Translations under genes and position numbers: made by a program
Notes under the pieces: generated by a model
Seen by the model: the letters and a program-made list of their open reading frames with translations, nothing else
Databases searched by the model: none
What the model was told of the DNA's origin: nothing
Shown here: positions 9,082-20,762 of the stretch, piece after piece
Layout: each line of letters begins with the position of its first letter
Numbering within the stretch: the first letter of the stretch is position 1
Assembly: GCA_034658935.1 (NCBI GenBank)
Contig: JAYEGE010000001.1
Span: 46,295-110,294 of the forward strand
DNA from: Patescibacteria group bacterium
Lineage (GTDB): Bacteria > Patescibacteriota > Minisyncoccia > Phycocordibacterales > JACOZG01
Direction: 5' to 3'
DNA length: 64,000 nucleotides

Positions 9082-10413
9082 CTACTTCTGGATTTCCTTG
9101 GCTGGGGAAATTTGATCCCCTTGCTTCAGACTGACGCAGATGTAGACGTCAACTTCCTTGTTCTCCTTGACCTCTCTGGAGAACAAGTGGAGGACATCGA
9201 GTTTGCCCAGGAAAGGATCCTCCCGGGTTACCGTGACCTGGCGCGTGCGCTTCAGACCAGAAACGACCACGGTCTTCCCCGAAGGAGCAACGACCGAAGT
9301 GTCCACGCTACTGCGCATCAGAACCGGAAGTCCTGTCTGGCCATAGCCGACAACAGAAGTGCTATCCGCTTCGATGTTGATGCGGGCACCCGCCTTGGCG
9401 ATGTTCCCGGAGAGCGTCAAGGTGATACCTTCAACCACCTGGGCTTCCCCGAGGGTCCGAGTGCCATCTTCGGCGGTTAGGGTCGCCCGCCTTGGTGCCT
9501 CGATCGCCCAGGCCAGAGTGGACGACTTACCATTCATGATGGCCACGTCGGCTTTTTGATTCACTCTGCAACGTCCTTGCTCCACCATGTAATTGATGAA
9601 GCCGGCCAGAGCCTGTGGGCTAATGCCCGAGGCCACGACCGAGAAGCTGGAAGGCCTGAGCTGGCTTAGCTTGTCGCCGGACAGACTCAGCCCACCAGTG
9701 ACACAGGAAGTGTCACTGGTCGTGATTCCAGTGTCAAAACCGCCTGCGCCCGAAAGAATCGAGCGGCTCCCACCAAAACTGGCAGAAATCGACGTCGGCA
9801 AGGTTCGGATCCAGGCATTCCAGTCGGTCCCGATATCTGAACCGTCGCCGTTGTACATCTCAACGATCGTGACCTCGACGATCTCCCGCGGTGATGGTTG
9901 ATCATACTTGGCCACTATTGTCATCAGGAATGGTACAATCGTGGGATCATCCTCGATCGTCAAGATGTTTGCCACCTCGTCGACATGAAGCATCCCCATG
10001 GAAGTCAGCTCGGGGCGCACCGCCGCAGCAATGGCTGCCGCAGGTCGGTACGTCGGACGATAGACCTCCGTCGCCGGCAAGTTGCCGAAGAACGTGATCT
10101 CTCCGGAGTTCACCTTTTCAATGGTTTGGGCAATACTCGCCTGCATATCAGGCGTTGCCGTCACCACCAAAAGAACGATTTCCTCCTTGCCCCGCTTGAT
10201 CGACGCCACAGAGGTACTGCCCCCGCGCCCGTCGGCCTCCAACATGGTGTTGAAGTTTCGGGCGATGTTCACCCGATCGGCTGCTTTCAGGCCAATGACC
10301 TCGTAGGTCTCCATGACCATCTGGCCGTCGCTGACGGTCAAATTGTAATTGCCGGGTTCGCCGGCGATTACAACCCGCTCCGTGTCTACCGTGTTCGTTG
10401 TGTTCGTTGCCAC
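9082..10413 (-). CDS. Secretin-family protein (secretin_N + secretin domain; CpaC/RcpA/GspD/PilQ-like)
   Basis: 443 aa from a GTG start. Secretin_N-like METYEVIGLKAADRVNIARNF...EEIVLLVVTATPDMQASIAQTIEKVN; secretin domain IVEVTIVEMYNGDGSDIGTDWNAW ... LPVLMRSSVDTSVVAPSGKTVVVSGLKRTRQVTVTREDPFLGKLDVLHLFSRE...EVDVYICVS. An in-frame upstream ATG at 10513-10515 encodes a classic signal peptide, but an in-frame TAG at 10429-10431 separates it from this ORF (see findings). Confidence 0.6.
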   Translation of the reverse strand: MATNTTNTVDTERVVIAGEPGNYNLTVSDGQMVMETYEVIGLKAADRVNIARNFNTMLEADGRGGSTSVASIKRGKEEIVLLVVTATPDMQASIAQTIEKVNSGEITFFGNLPATEVYRPTYRPAAAIAAAVRPELTSMGMLHVDEVANILTIEDDPTIVPFLMTIVAKYDQPSPREIVEVTIVEMYNGDGSDIGTDWNAWIRTLPTSISASFGGSRSILSGAGGFDTGITTSDTSCVTGGLSLSGDKLSQLRPSSFSVVASGISPQALAGFINYMVEQGRCRVNQKADVAIMNGKSSTLAWAIEAPRRATLTAEDGTRTLGEAQVVEGITLTLSGNIAKAGARINIEADSTSVVGYGQTGLPVLMRSSVDTSVVAPSGKTVVVSGLKRTRQVTVTREDPFLGKLDVLHLFSREVKENKEVDVYICVSLKQGDQISPAKEIQK

Positions 10414-10967
10414 CGTTGCCGCTTCTTGCTATGCCAGGGCGTCCTGGCTGAAATACAGCACGGACGACATCGCGATCAACATGGTCGCTACAATTGTTGC
10501 CCAATTCTTCTTCATCGGTTTTTCCCTTTCTTGTTTGTGGCCACAAGCCACACTTAGCGATAAGTGCCTGCATACAACAGGCACCGAAGAAACGCTATTG
10601 CAATGATCTTCTTCCGTTGTACACTATCTAGTTTTATTTGTCAAATATAAAAACCCCGCCCGGCCATGATCGGCAGAACGGGGGATGCATCCGCAGAGAG
10701 AGTTTTTTGTTCCTCATACGCGCCCTGTCTGTCGGCCGCGGAAGAATTGGTCCCACACTAGACCTAAAAGGTCTATCTCGGGGATGGCTTTCTGCCAAAC
10801 TCTTGAGGTATTTTGGAAAGTTTTATTGTATTAGCCAGCACTGATGCCAACCTCCCACCTCGCTTAAACCAAGATCAATCTACCCACTAGCCTAACAAAC
10901 TGACAAGATTTGTCAAGCTTTTTTTAATGACCCAGAATGGAGGACGGGAAAGGGACCAGGAATAAGG

Positions 10968-14176
<3,209 letters not shown>

Positions 14177-14184
<8 letters not shown>

Positions 14185-15370
14185 TCAATCTTAATTTTAA
14201 ATCATTAAGGACATTCATGAAAGAGATGAAAGCTTCATAAGGTGATTCATAGGGACTGAAGTACTTATGGACATCACCATCATGCCACCATTTAGTACAC
14301 ATATAATAGAGATGGTCTGAAGTCTGGAGGCGACGCCAATTTTCAATCAGAGCCTTATCCTTACTCTTTAGTACCGGCGCCTCTAGGGCATAGAGCTTCT
14401 GTGCCGCCTCTTGCTGAAGCGGATTGCCAAGCCAAGCCGATAAATCACGCTCGGTATCGGCCCAAGAATAAAAATCAGGGGCATCAATCTCGGCCACTGG
14501 CTCGTTGCGCCGCAGGGCCTCGGAGACTGTTACGAAATCATTGTCAGGGTTCTTTAACACTTCTTCTGGCAAGGCCCGCAAAAACTCGAAGATGCCCGTA
14601 TCTTCCCATTGGTGCTCACCAAAGGTCTCATAATCCATAAATAGATTCACTAAGTGACCGTTGCCGTTGACTGCTGAAACCCAATTGGCAAACTTAGGAG
14701 CGCTAAGTGGCCACTCACTCCAGTCTTTAGAAGAAAAACGAAAAGCAATATCGTCTGACAATTTATAATTCTTTAATAGAAGTTTGATCGCCTTGGTACC
14801 CTTGGGGCTATAGGCAAAATTAGAGTTACGCCAATCAAGAATATGGTCCGCGCCTTCGGCCAAGATGCCCTTATAACCCAAAAGCTCGACCTCGCGAGCC
14901 AAAGCATTATTGTAAATTAATTCAGTATGACGAAAAACTTCTGGTTCGTAATCGAAGAGATCAATGATCTTACGGCGATGTAGGCGGACCTGGCGACGAA
15001 ACTCGTCAAGTGAGTATAGATAAGCCAGGGAATGGTAATAGGTCTCGGCCAATAGCTCCACTCGCCCGGTCTTGATCAATTTTCTGAAAGATTCGAGAAC
15101 CTCCGGCGCGTATTCCTCAAGTTGTTCTAGGAAAACTCCCGAGAGGGAGAAAGTGGCTTTGAATTCTGGGTGCTTGTTTAATAAATCAAGTAAGACCTGA
15201 TTGGTGGGAAGATAGCATTTCTCAGCTACCTTGTGGACAATCTTGCGATTATTGGTATCCGCCTCAGAGTCATCATTAAAATAATGGGGGTCGTTGCCGA
15301 TATCGAACACCCGGTACTTCTTGATCCGTCGTGGCTGGTGGCACTGAAAATAGAAACAAACCGAGGGCAT
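14177..15370 (-). CDS. Glycoside hydrolase family 57 protein (alpha-amylase/4-alpha-glucanotransferase-like)
   Basis: 397 aa. N-terminal CFYFQCHQP matches the GH57 F..HQP motif. Confidence 0.7.
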
Positions 15371-15397
15371 AACAATATTTTAGCATAAAAAAGCCCC

Positions 15398-15601
15398 CTA
15401 GTGCGGGGGCAGGGAGACATCTTCATTAGGGTTACAACTTGGGAAGCAGCGGCCACATGGCCGGCCCTTATCAAAACCTCGGCCTTTTAGATGATACTGG
15501 ATTAGGCCGAAGATGATGAGCGCGGCGGCGGCGAACAGTCCTACAGTACAAGCGACCGCCAACATGAAAATCTCTCCAAGGGACATTTCAGCTAACATCA
15601 T
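15398..15601 (-). CDS. Small membrane protein with Cys-rich tail (67 aa), hypothetical
   Basis: One predicted TM helix (FMLAVACTVGLFAAAALIIFGLI) followed by CGRCFPSC. Its stop overlaps the hairpin gccccc-tagtgc-gggggc (15392-15412). Confidence 0.3.
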   Translation of the reverse strand: MMLAEMSLGEIFMLAVACTVGLFAAAALIIFGLIQYHLKGRGFDKGRPCGRCFPSCNPNEDVSLPPH

Positions 15602-15616
15602 GGCTCCTTTCTGTGG

Positions 15617-15889
15617 TCAAGAGGTAGAATCCGCTCCACCACAAGTAAGTTGCTTCCCGCAACCACCACAAAAGCGGGCGGACGGCTTATTGGTACAGCC
15701 ACAGCTACCACATTTTATACCAAACACGAGGCCCTTTATTTCGCAACCAGATCCCCGACCTCCGGCACCAGGTCCGATCTCCTTTTTCTTCCTGCCTGTA
15801 ATCGAGGCAAGAATGCTGCGCACGACGATAAACAAAGCCAGACACAACACCGCAGCAAATACCGCGCCACCTAAAAAACTACCCATCAC
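15617..15889 (-). CDS. Small membrane protein with C-terminal zinc-ribbon (90 aa), hypothetical
   Basis: N-terminal TM helix plus CGSCGCTNKPSARFCGGCGK (CxxC...CxxC). In tandem with the 67-aa ORF; both begin MM-. Confidence 0.4.
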   Translation of the reverse strand: MMGSFLGGAVFAAVLCLALFIVVRSILASITGRKKKEIGPGAGGRGSGCEIKGLVFGIKCGSCGCTNKPSARFCGGCGKQLTCGGADSTS

Positions 15890-15971
15890 ATCCTCCCTGG
15901 AAATTAAAGTTGGGAATGATCAACAACGCTAAGCTGAACTTAGCATGGAGAAAGAACTATGTCAAGAGTAA

Positions 15972-17207
15972 TTAGGCGGTGGTAGGAGCAGAAACAAGTT
16001 GCTTATAGAAATCGACGCATTTCTTGGCAGCCTTGGCCCAAGTCACATTAGCTACCTCCTGGCGACCATATTCAGTTAAAGTTTCCTTCAAAGTATCGTG
16101 CCTGAAGACAGCTAGGATTTGATTGGCCATTTCATCCACATCCCAAAAATCTACTTTGAGGACGTGGGAAACTACCTCGGCCACGCCCGATTGTTTAGAA
16201 ATCATCACTGGTGTGCCATTGGCCAGAGATTCAAGAGGGGTAATGCCAAAAGGCTCTGAAACTGAAGGGAGGATGTAGAGATCGGCCGCTTGATAAATAC
16301 GATTCAGCTCAGCTCCACGCAAGAAGCTAGGAAAGATGAAGCGGTCGGCGATACCCAAGCTGGCGGCCAGACTCATCGTCTGCCCCAACATATCCCCTGA
16401 ACCAACCACCACAAAAAAAGTTTTGGGCTCAAACTCCAGAACCCTCTTGGCCATCCGAACAAAATAATCTGGCCCTTTTTGCAGAGTCACGCGGCCAACA
16501 AAGAGAACGATCTTATTGCCTGCCTTTTTTAACTTCTCTAGGCTATCGGCCTCTCGCCTACCTCCGTACTCCTCTGCCCTAATCCCATTGTGAACAACTT
16601 TGATTTTGGATTCAGACACGCCGTAATGCTTCATCACTAGCTTCTTGGTCCAATCACTAACAGTAACAACCCCATCAGCCTGATGCATACCCTCTTTTTC
16701 TATTTGATAGACCTGTTGGTTTACGCCATTACCCCCTCCCCTGTCAAATTCAGTCGCATGGACATGGACTACCAAAGGCTTACCTGTTACCCGCTTAGCC
16801 ATTAAACCGGCAGGGTAAGAGAGCCAATCATGGGCGTGAATTACATCGAAGTCTTCTGCGGCGGCAATGGCTTTAGCCCTTTGCCCATAACAAAGCACTT
16901 CCTCCAGAAGACTGCTGCCGTAATAGTCTGCGCCGTCACCCAACAAAGCCTTGAATTCCTCATAAGATTGACTGGTGACATAAGGGTAAAGTAGAGCTGG
17001 AACTCGGCGCACCTTCATCTGGTCCACATCGGCAAAGACTATTTTCTCAACTTGCCCTTCCGTCTCTCCTATCTTCTTCGGCAGGACAAAGATAGTCTCT
17101 ATATCTTGATCAGCGAGCGCAGAAGTTAAACCCTCACAAGCAGTGCCAAGACCGCCACTATTGTGAGGTGGAAATTCCCAACCAAACATCAGGACCCTAA
17201 GTCCCAT
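15972..17207 (-). CDS. Glycosyltransferase family 4 (alpha-glucan/glycogen synthase-like)
   Basis: 411 aa. GGLGT, IHAHDW, and C-terminal GT-B motifs EPFGITPLESLANGTPV. Confidence 0.7.
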   Translation of the reverse strand: MGLRVLMFGWEFPPHNSGGLGTACEGLTSALADQDIETIFVLPKKIGETEGQVEKIVFADVDQMKVRRVPALLYPYVTSQSYEEFKALLGDGADYYGSSLLEEVLCYGQRAKAIAAAEDFDVIHAHDWLSYPAGLMAKRVTGKPLVVHVHATEFDRGGGNGVNQQVYQIEKEGMHQADGVVTVSDWTKKLVMKHYGVSESKIKVVHNGIRAEEYGGRREADSLEKLKKAGNKIVLFVGRVTLQKGPDYFVRMAKRVLEFEPKTFFVVVGSGDMLGQTMSLAASLGIADRFIFPSFLRGAELNRIYQAADLYILPSVSEPFGITPLESLANGTPVMISKQSGVAEVVSHVLKVDFWDVDEMANQILAVFRHDTLKETLTEYGRQEVANVTWAKAAKKCVDFYKQLVSAPTTA

Positions 17208-17261
17208 AATATAAACTCATTATACTCTCTCTCGCACTTATGAGCTAAATTTATTTGTGGA

Positions 17262-18272
17262 TCAAGCGGAAGCGCTCTCTTGATAGATCTCAACTAAGGC
17301 GGCAAGTAGGCTGAGGGTTACCGGCCCCAAGATCAAACCAATGGGGCCGAAGAAGATTAGACCACCCAAGGCGGCGAAGAGCATCATTAGGGGGTGAACT
17401 TTACCGCCACGGCTATAGAGTGATGGAGCGAGTAAGTTATCGACAAGACCGACGATGAGAGCTCCCCAGATTAACAAGCCGAGAGCGTAAGCCCAATGAG
17501 TAGTTACTAGGAGGAAGATTATACCGGGAATCAAAACCAAGGAGGTCCCGACACCAGGAATAAGGGCAGACAAGACTGCCGTAGTCCCCCAAAGTGTAGC
17601 CTTGGGAACACCGAAGAGGGCGAAGCCGACTCCCACTAAGAACCCCTGAAGGAGGGCAACCAAGAGGACCCCACGAACAACGGCCTTAATGGTAATAGCC
17701 AGCTTTTGGCCGATATTCTCATCGTGGTGATCTGGTAAGGGGCTCAGTTTAATAAGCGCCTTGTGGAAACGCGGCCCATCTCTTAGGAGATAAAAGAGGG
17801 CAATCAGCCACAGCAGAGCCTTAAAGAGGAAGCTTGCGGCCCCAGAGAAAATGGAGCCGAGACTATTCACCGCCCAAGCGGCCAATTGATTGAATTGGGC
17901 CCGCCAATCAAGTTCTCCAACATTAATCACCCGGCCAAACAAGTCACTCAGGGAATCATCAAGATGGTCCCAATAGGCCGAACTATTGCCAGACAAATAG
18001 ACGTAAACGTCGCGCGCTTCATTAACTAATTGGGTCAGGAAGAAGGAAGACGCGACAACAATAATCACGAGAACCAAGGCCACTAAAACTAGAGCGGCCA
18101 GAGTTTGTCTGCCACCAAATTGACGTGCTAGGCGCCGCTGCAACGGCGCCAAAACAACGGCAAAAACAACCGCCAGAGCCAGAGTATTGAGGAAAGGCAA
18201 GAGAATCAAAAGGACCAATAAGGTAATCGCCAGCAAGAAGCTAAGAAAAAAATGCCATTCCCTTTTACGCAT
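17262..18272 (-). CDS. AI-2E family transporter (PerM/UPF0118)
   Basis: 336 aa, multi-TM. N-terminal LLPFLNTLALAVVFAVVLAPLQRRLAR pattern typical of the AI-2E family. Confidence 0.75.
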   Translation of the reverse strand: MRKREWHFFLSFLLAITLLVLLILLPFLNTLALAVVFAVVLAPLQRRLARQFGGRQTLAALVLVALVLVIIVVASSFFLTQLVNEARDVYVYLSGNSSAYWDHLDDSLSDLFGRVINVGELDWRAQFNQLAAWAVNSLGSIFSGAASFLFKALLWLIALFYLLRDGPRFHKALIKLSPLPDHHDENIGQKLAITIKAVVRGVLLVALLQGFLVGVGFALFGVPKATLWGTTAVLSALIPGVGTSLVLIPGIIFLLVTTHWAYALGLLIWGALIVGLVDNLLAPSLYSRGGKVHPLMMLFAALGGLIFFGPIGLILGPVTLSLLAALVEIYQESASA

Positions 18273-18317
18273 AATTAATATTATAAAGGTCTAGTCCGGT
18301 GAAGACAAGAAGTGCTT

Positions 18318-18566
18318 CTATTTAACGCCGATTTTGGTTTTCACTTGCCGCATATCATGCTCGAGATGGTCTAGACGAACCTCATGACTAGTTTCACCAC
18401 CATCAAGTCGTAACTCGATGGCGTCAAAACGTTTACCGACCTGGTCGAACCTCTTATCGACTTGGGCAAATTTCTGCCAGACTTTCTCAAATTGCTCATC
18501 CATGCCACGAAAACCATTCGCAACCATGCGGGCCAAGTATTCAAGAGTGATCTTTTTAGGCGTCAT
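18318..18566 (-). CDS. Hypothetical protein (82 aa)
   Basis: ORF with coiled-coil-like composition. No family recognised. Confidence 0.4.
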   Translation of the reverse strand: MTPKKITLEYLARMVANGFRGMDEQFEKVWQKFAQVDKRFDQVGKRFDAIELRLDGGETSHEVRLDHLEHDMRQVKTKIGVK

Positions 18567-18573
18567 GGCTTGA

Positions 18574-18828
18574 TTATACTTTAGTCTTGGGGTTTGTAAA
18601 TTCTTTGCGTTTTAGAATGTTTATTTTAGGGATACCCAGGATCGCCCTGGTCTTATTATTACTGGTAGTGTTGATTTCTCGAGCCAGATAAACCGCCTGC
18701 TCATCTTCCTTGAAGAGCCAACCGACAGCATCAAAGATTACTAACTCGAAATGATGGTCGAGCTCAAACTCACCAAAATCATAAACAGCGCTGTCTAGAT
18801 ATTGAACATAAATAATAGGAAATTTCAT
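18574..18828 (-). CDS. Hypothetical protein (84 aa)
   Basis: ORF 8 nt upstream of the 82-aa ORF, so a possible two-gene module. No family recognised. Confidence 0.4.
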   Translation of the reverse strand: MKFPIIYVQYLDSAVYDFGEFELDHHFELVIFDAVGWLFKEDEQAVYLAREINTTSNNKTRAILGIPKINILKRKEFTNPKTKV

Positions 18829-18852
18829 AACACAAGATTAGAAGTTAAATAA

Positions 18853-18875
18853 GCGGCTTTTTAGGAAAAAGCCGC
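18853..18875 (-). terminator. Rho-independent terminator (gcggcttttt-agg-aaaaagccgc) downstream of the 37-aa ORF
   Basis: Perfect 10-bp stem with a 3-nt loop. The T-run lies on the minus strand. Confidence 0.55.
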
Positions 18876-18900
18876 AAAACCGATGAGGGCAGTAGGGTAA

Positions 18901-19014
18901 TCAACCGCGAGGGCCGCGTTGGCCGCCGGAACCGTTGTTGCCACTCCCGTGACCACCACTTTGGCCGCCATGGGGACCAGTTGGCTGGTTTTTTCCGCCA
19001 CGATATCTACGCAT
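18901..19014 (-). CDS. Small glycine-rich peptide ORF (37 aa: MRRYRGGKNQPTGPHGGQSGGHGSGNNGSGGQRGPRG)
   Basis: Manual translation. Consensus SD AGGAGG (19023-19028) lies 8 nt upstream of the ATG (19012-19014), with a TGA stop at 18901-18903, followed about 25 nt later by the terminator hairpin 18853-18875. Missing from the ORF track only because it is under 60 aa. Confidence 0.4.
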   Translation of the reverse strand: MRRYRGGKNQPTGPHGGQSGGHGSGNNGSGGQRGPRG

Positions 19015-19428
19015 GCGCCTCACCTCCTTTCCTTTCTCTCAAGAGGCCTACGGGATATCGGCGACTACAGCCGCCTCCCAGGATCAATCCAACAATAACG
19101 CTTGCCATCGAGATGTTTATCTCTATTTACCACCTTTCATCTCCCGAGCACCACTCTTTAGTGCAAGGACCTAATAATCGGCCAAGACGCTCCTGACCTT
19201 CTGATTAAGAGGATAAGTTATGGGAAAATGTTGTCGATAGCTGACAACAGGAGCACCATTACCTCATGGGTTGTCAAAACATGTTAATCATTAAAAATAG
19301 AGGCGGACCTCACCCCTCTCAATATCCCAGCTCCCTGTCAACACAAACAAACAAAAAAACTTGTCGGATCCACCAACAAGTCCTCCCCTGTCCACCCCAC
19401 CAAACAACCCAAACTGTTCAGGGCCAAA

Positions 19429-19471
19429 CTTGGACACTTAGTGTCTGGGAGTGCGACACTGAGTGTCCAAG
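19429..19471. repeat. Double-hairpin repeat, family B copy 2 (cttggacacttagtgtctgggagtgcgacactgagtgtccaag)
   Basis: Near-identical to 3881-3922. Lies 15 nt downstream of the phosphatase gene stop and may act as a terminator. Confidence 0.75.
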
Positions 19472-19485
19472 TTTGGGCAACCAGT

Positions 19486-19899
19486 TCAGTTAGTGTCAAA
19501 GGTTTCCTTGATTTTTTCCTTAATCTCGTCCCTAACCCTAATATGCGTTTCCATGGAAGTATCCTTTGGATCATCAATTACCCACACCCGCCTATCTGGA
19601 TGCGCCTTCACAAAGTCTGGAACCGTCTCGGGTTGAGCCATATCAATAATGATATCTGCCTCATTAACCATTTCTTGGGTAACTAATCTCCGAATATGAC
19701 CTCGCACATCAGCCCCCTCCTCCCCCATCGTATTAATAGCGAATTGGGTTTTTGGTAACAAACTAACAAGAGATTGCTCCGGACCAGTTAATAAGGTGCC
19801 GGCCGAATGAGCATCCTGTGTGCCCGTTAGGGTATTGTATAAATACTCACCACAAACACTCCGCCCCACGTTTCCTTTGCATAGAAATAATATTTTCAT
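19486..19899 (-). CDS. Low-molecular-weight protein-tyrosine phosphatase / ArsC-like (LMWPc)
   Basis: 137 aa. N-terminal P-loop ILFLCKGNVGRS (C-X5-R-S) and a DP motif region. Confidence 0.7.
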   Translation of the reverse strand: MKILFLCKGNVGRSVCGEYLYNTLTGTQDAHSAGTLLTGPEQSLVSLLPKTQFAINTMGEEGADVRGHIRRLVTQEMVNEADIIIDMAQPETVPDFVKAHPDRRVWVIDDPKDTSMETHIRVRDEIKEKIKETFDTN

Positions 19900-19922
19900 A
19901 TCAGAAGCCTAAGTTGTTCTTA

Positions 19923-19993
19923 CTGCCGGCCAGGGACTCGAACCCCGATACCCGCCTCCAAAGGGCGGTGTCCTACCATTAGACGAGCCGGCA
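19923..19993 (-). tRNA. tRNA-Gln (anticodon UUG)
   Basis: Folded by hand. Acceptor UGCCGGC/GCCGGCA with the U1-A72 pair typical of bacterial tRNA-Gln; D-arm GUCU/AATGGTA/GGAC; anticodon stem CCGCC/GGCGG with loop CU-UUG-GA; T-arm CGGGG/TTCGAGT/CCCTG; discriminator G; no encoded CCA. Confidence 0.8.
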
Positions 19994-20008
19994 TTAATTA
20001 ATCAACTT

Positions 20009-20695
20009 CTAAACAATATTATTGATCATCCCTTTTGTCCACCCGGCAACCTTCCTGTTCAGGTGCGAGCTACTTTTAACCCTCACGACGAGCAAACCAT
20101 GATAAGACCGACCAATGTTTTTTCTATTACTCGACTTGTGCTTTTTAAAATACACCTTCTGGAAATTCTGAACGGGTAACCCCGTAACGTCTAACCAATA
20201 TTTAGTGACTTCACCGATCTTCACCCTATTATTTTCATGGATGCAGACTCTGCAACAGATTTCATCACCAGAGACACAGAGAATTTCTGAAAGCCACTTC
20301 AAGTAGAGCTTTATCATACTCGGATCAGAATTAGCAAAACTGAGACCAACGCCAGTATTCCATTCCTTTTCTTTATCTCCCTCAGCCCAATACAAAGCAA
20401 CGCCTATCAACCAAAGATCTCTTTTGGAAATCTTTCCGACCTCCTTTTCCGACATCTTATGTATTTCGTCTGTCAGCCTAATTCGCTGATCCCTGCGAGC
20501 CTGTCCGCCCTTCATCTGAGCTTCTTTTTTTCTGTCTGTAAGCCTTTGCTTTTGGGATTTTGAGAGGCCGGCGTCTCGCAACCAAAGAGATAGCGTAGAT
20601 TTGGAAACAGAAATTTTTTCAAGGATCTCGGAATAGGTTAGACCTTGTTTTCTTAACTCTATCGCTTCTTGTTTTTCAACTAATTTAGATACCAT
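20009..20695 (-). CDS. HTH-domain protein with possible LAGLIDADG-like endonuclease domain (putative homing endonuclease-like)
   Basis: 228 aa. N-terminal HTH (ELRKQGLTYSEILEKISVSKSTLSLWL) and a central LWLIGVALYWAEGDKEKE resembling the LAGLIDADG motif. Lies 16 nt from the tRNA-Gln 5' end. Confidence 0.4.
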   Translation of the reverse strand: MVSKLVEKQEAIELRKQGLTYSEILEKISVSKSTLSLWLRDAGLSKSQKQRLTDRKKEAQMKGGQARRDQRIRLTDEIHKMSEKEVGKISKRDLWLIGVALYWAEGDKEKEWNTGVGLSFANSDPSMIKLYLKWLSEILCVSGDEICCRVCIHENNRVKIGEVTKYWLDVTGLPVQNFQKVYFKKHKSSNRKNIGRSYHGLLVVRVKSSSHLNRKVAGWTKGMINNIV

Positions 20696-20762
20696 ACGAA
20701 CAGCTATTCTACATTAATATTATAGCATATAGATGTTCGACTCTCCAACAACTTGATATTGG

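Noticed and set aside
9898-10557. 219-aa plus-strand ORF and several other 60-140-aa ORFs (9037..9480, 9593..9901, 10148..10573 and others) overlapping the secretin gene
   Set aside because: They lie in a GC-rich segment where long stop-free frames arise by chance, their translations are Arg/Pro/Gly-rich low-complexity, and they overlap a gene with clear domain signatures on the other strand.
18574-18828. Toxin-antitoxin pair call for the 84-aa and 82-aa tandem ORFs
   Set aside because: No recognisable toxin or antitoxin family motif, so they are left as hypothetical proteins.
19030-19400. SRP RNA, RNase P RNA or tmRNA in the non-coding stretches 19030-19480, 22080-22295 and 23330-23560
   Set aside because: I could not find the hallmark motifs (SRP helix-8 GGAA/AGCAGC core, RNase P AGGAAAGUCC, tmRNA tRNA-like 3' end). 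These regions are kept only as unclassified structured regions.
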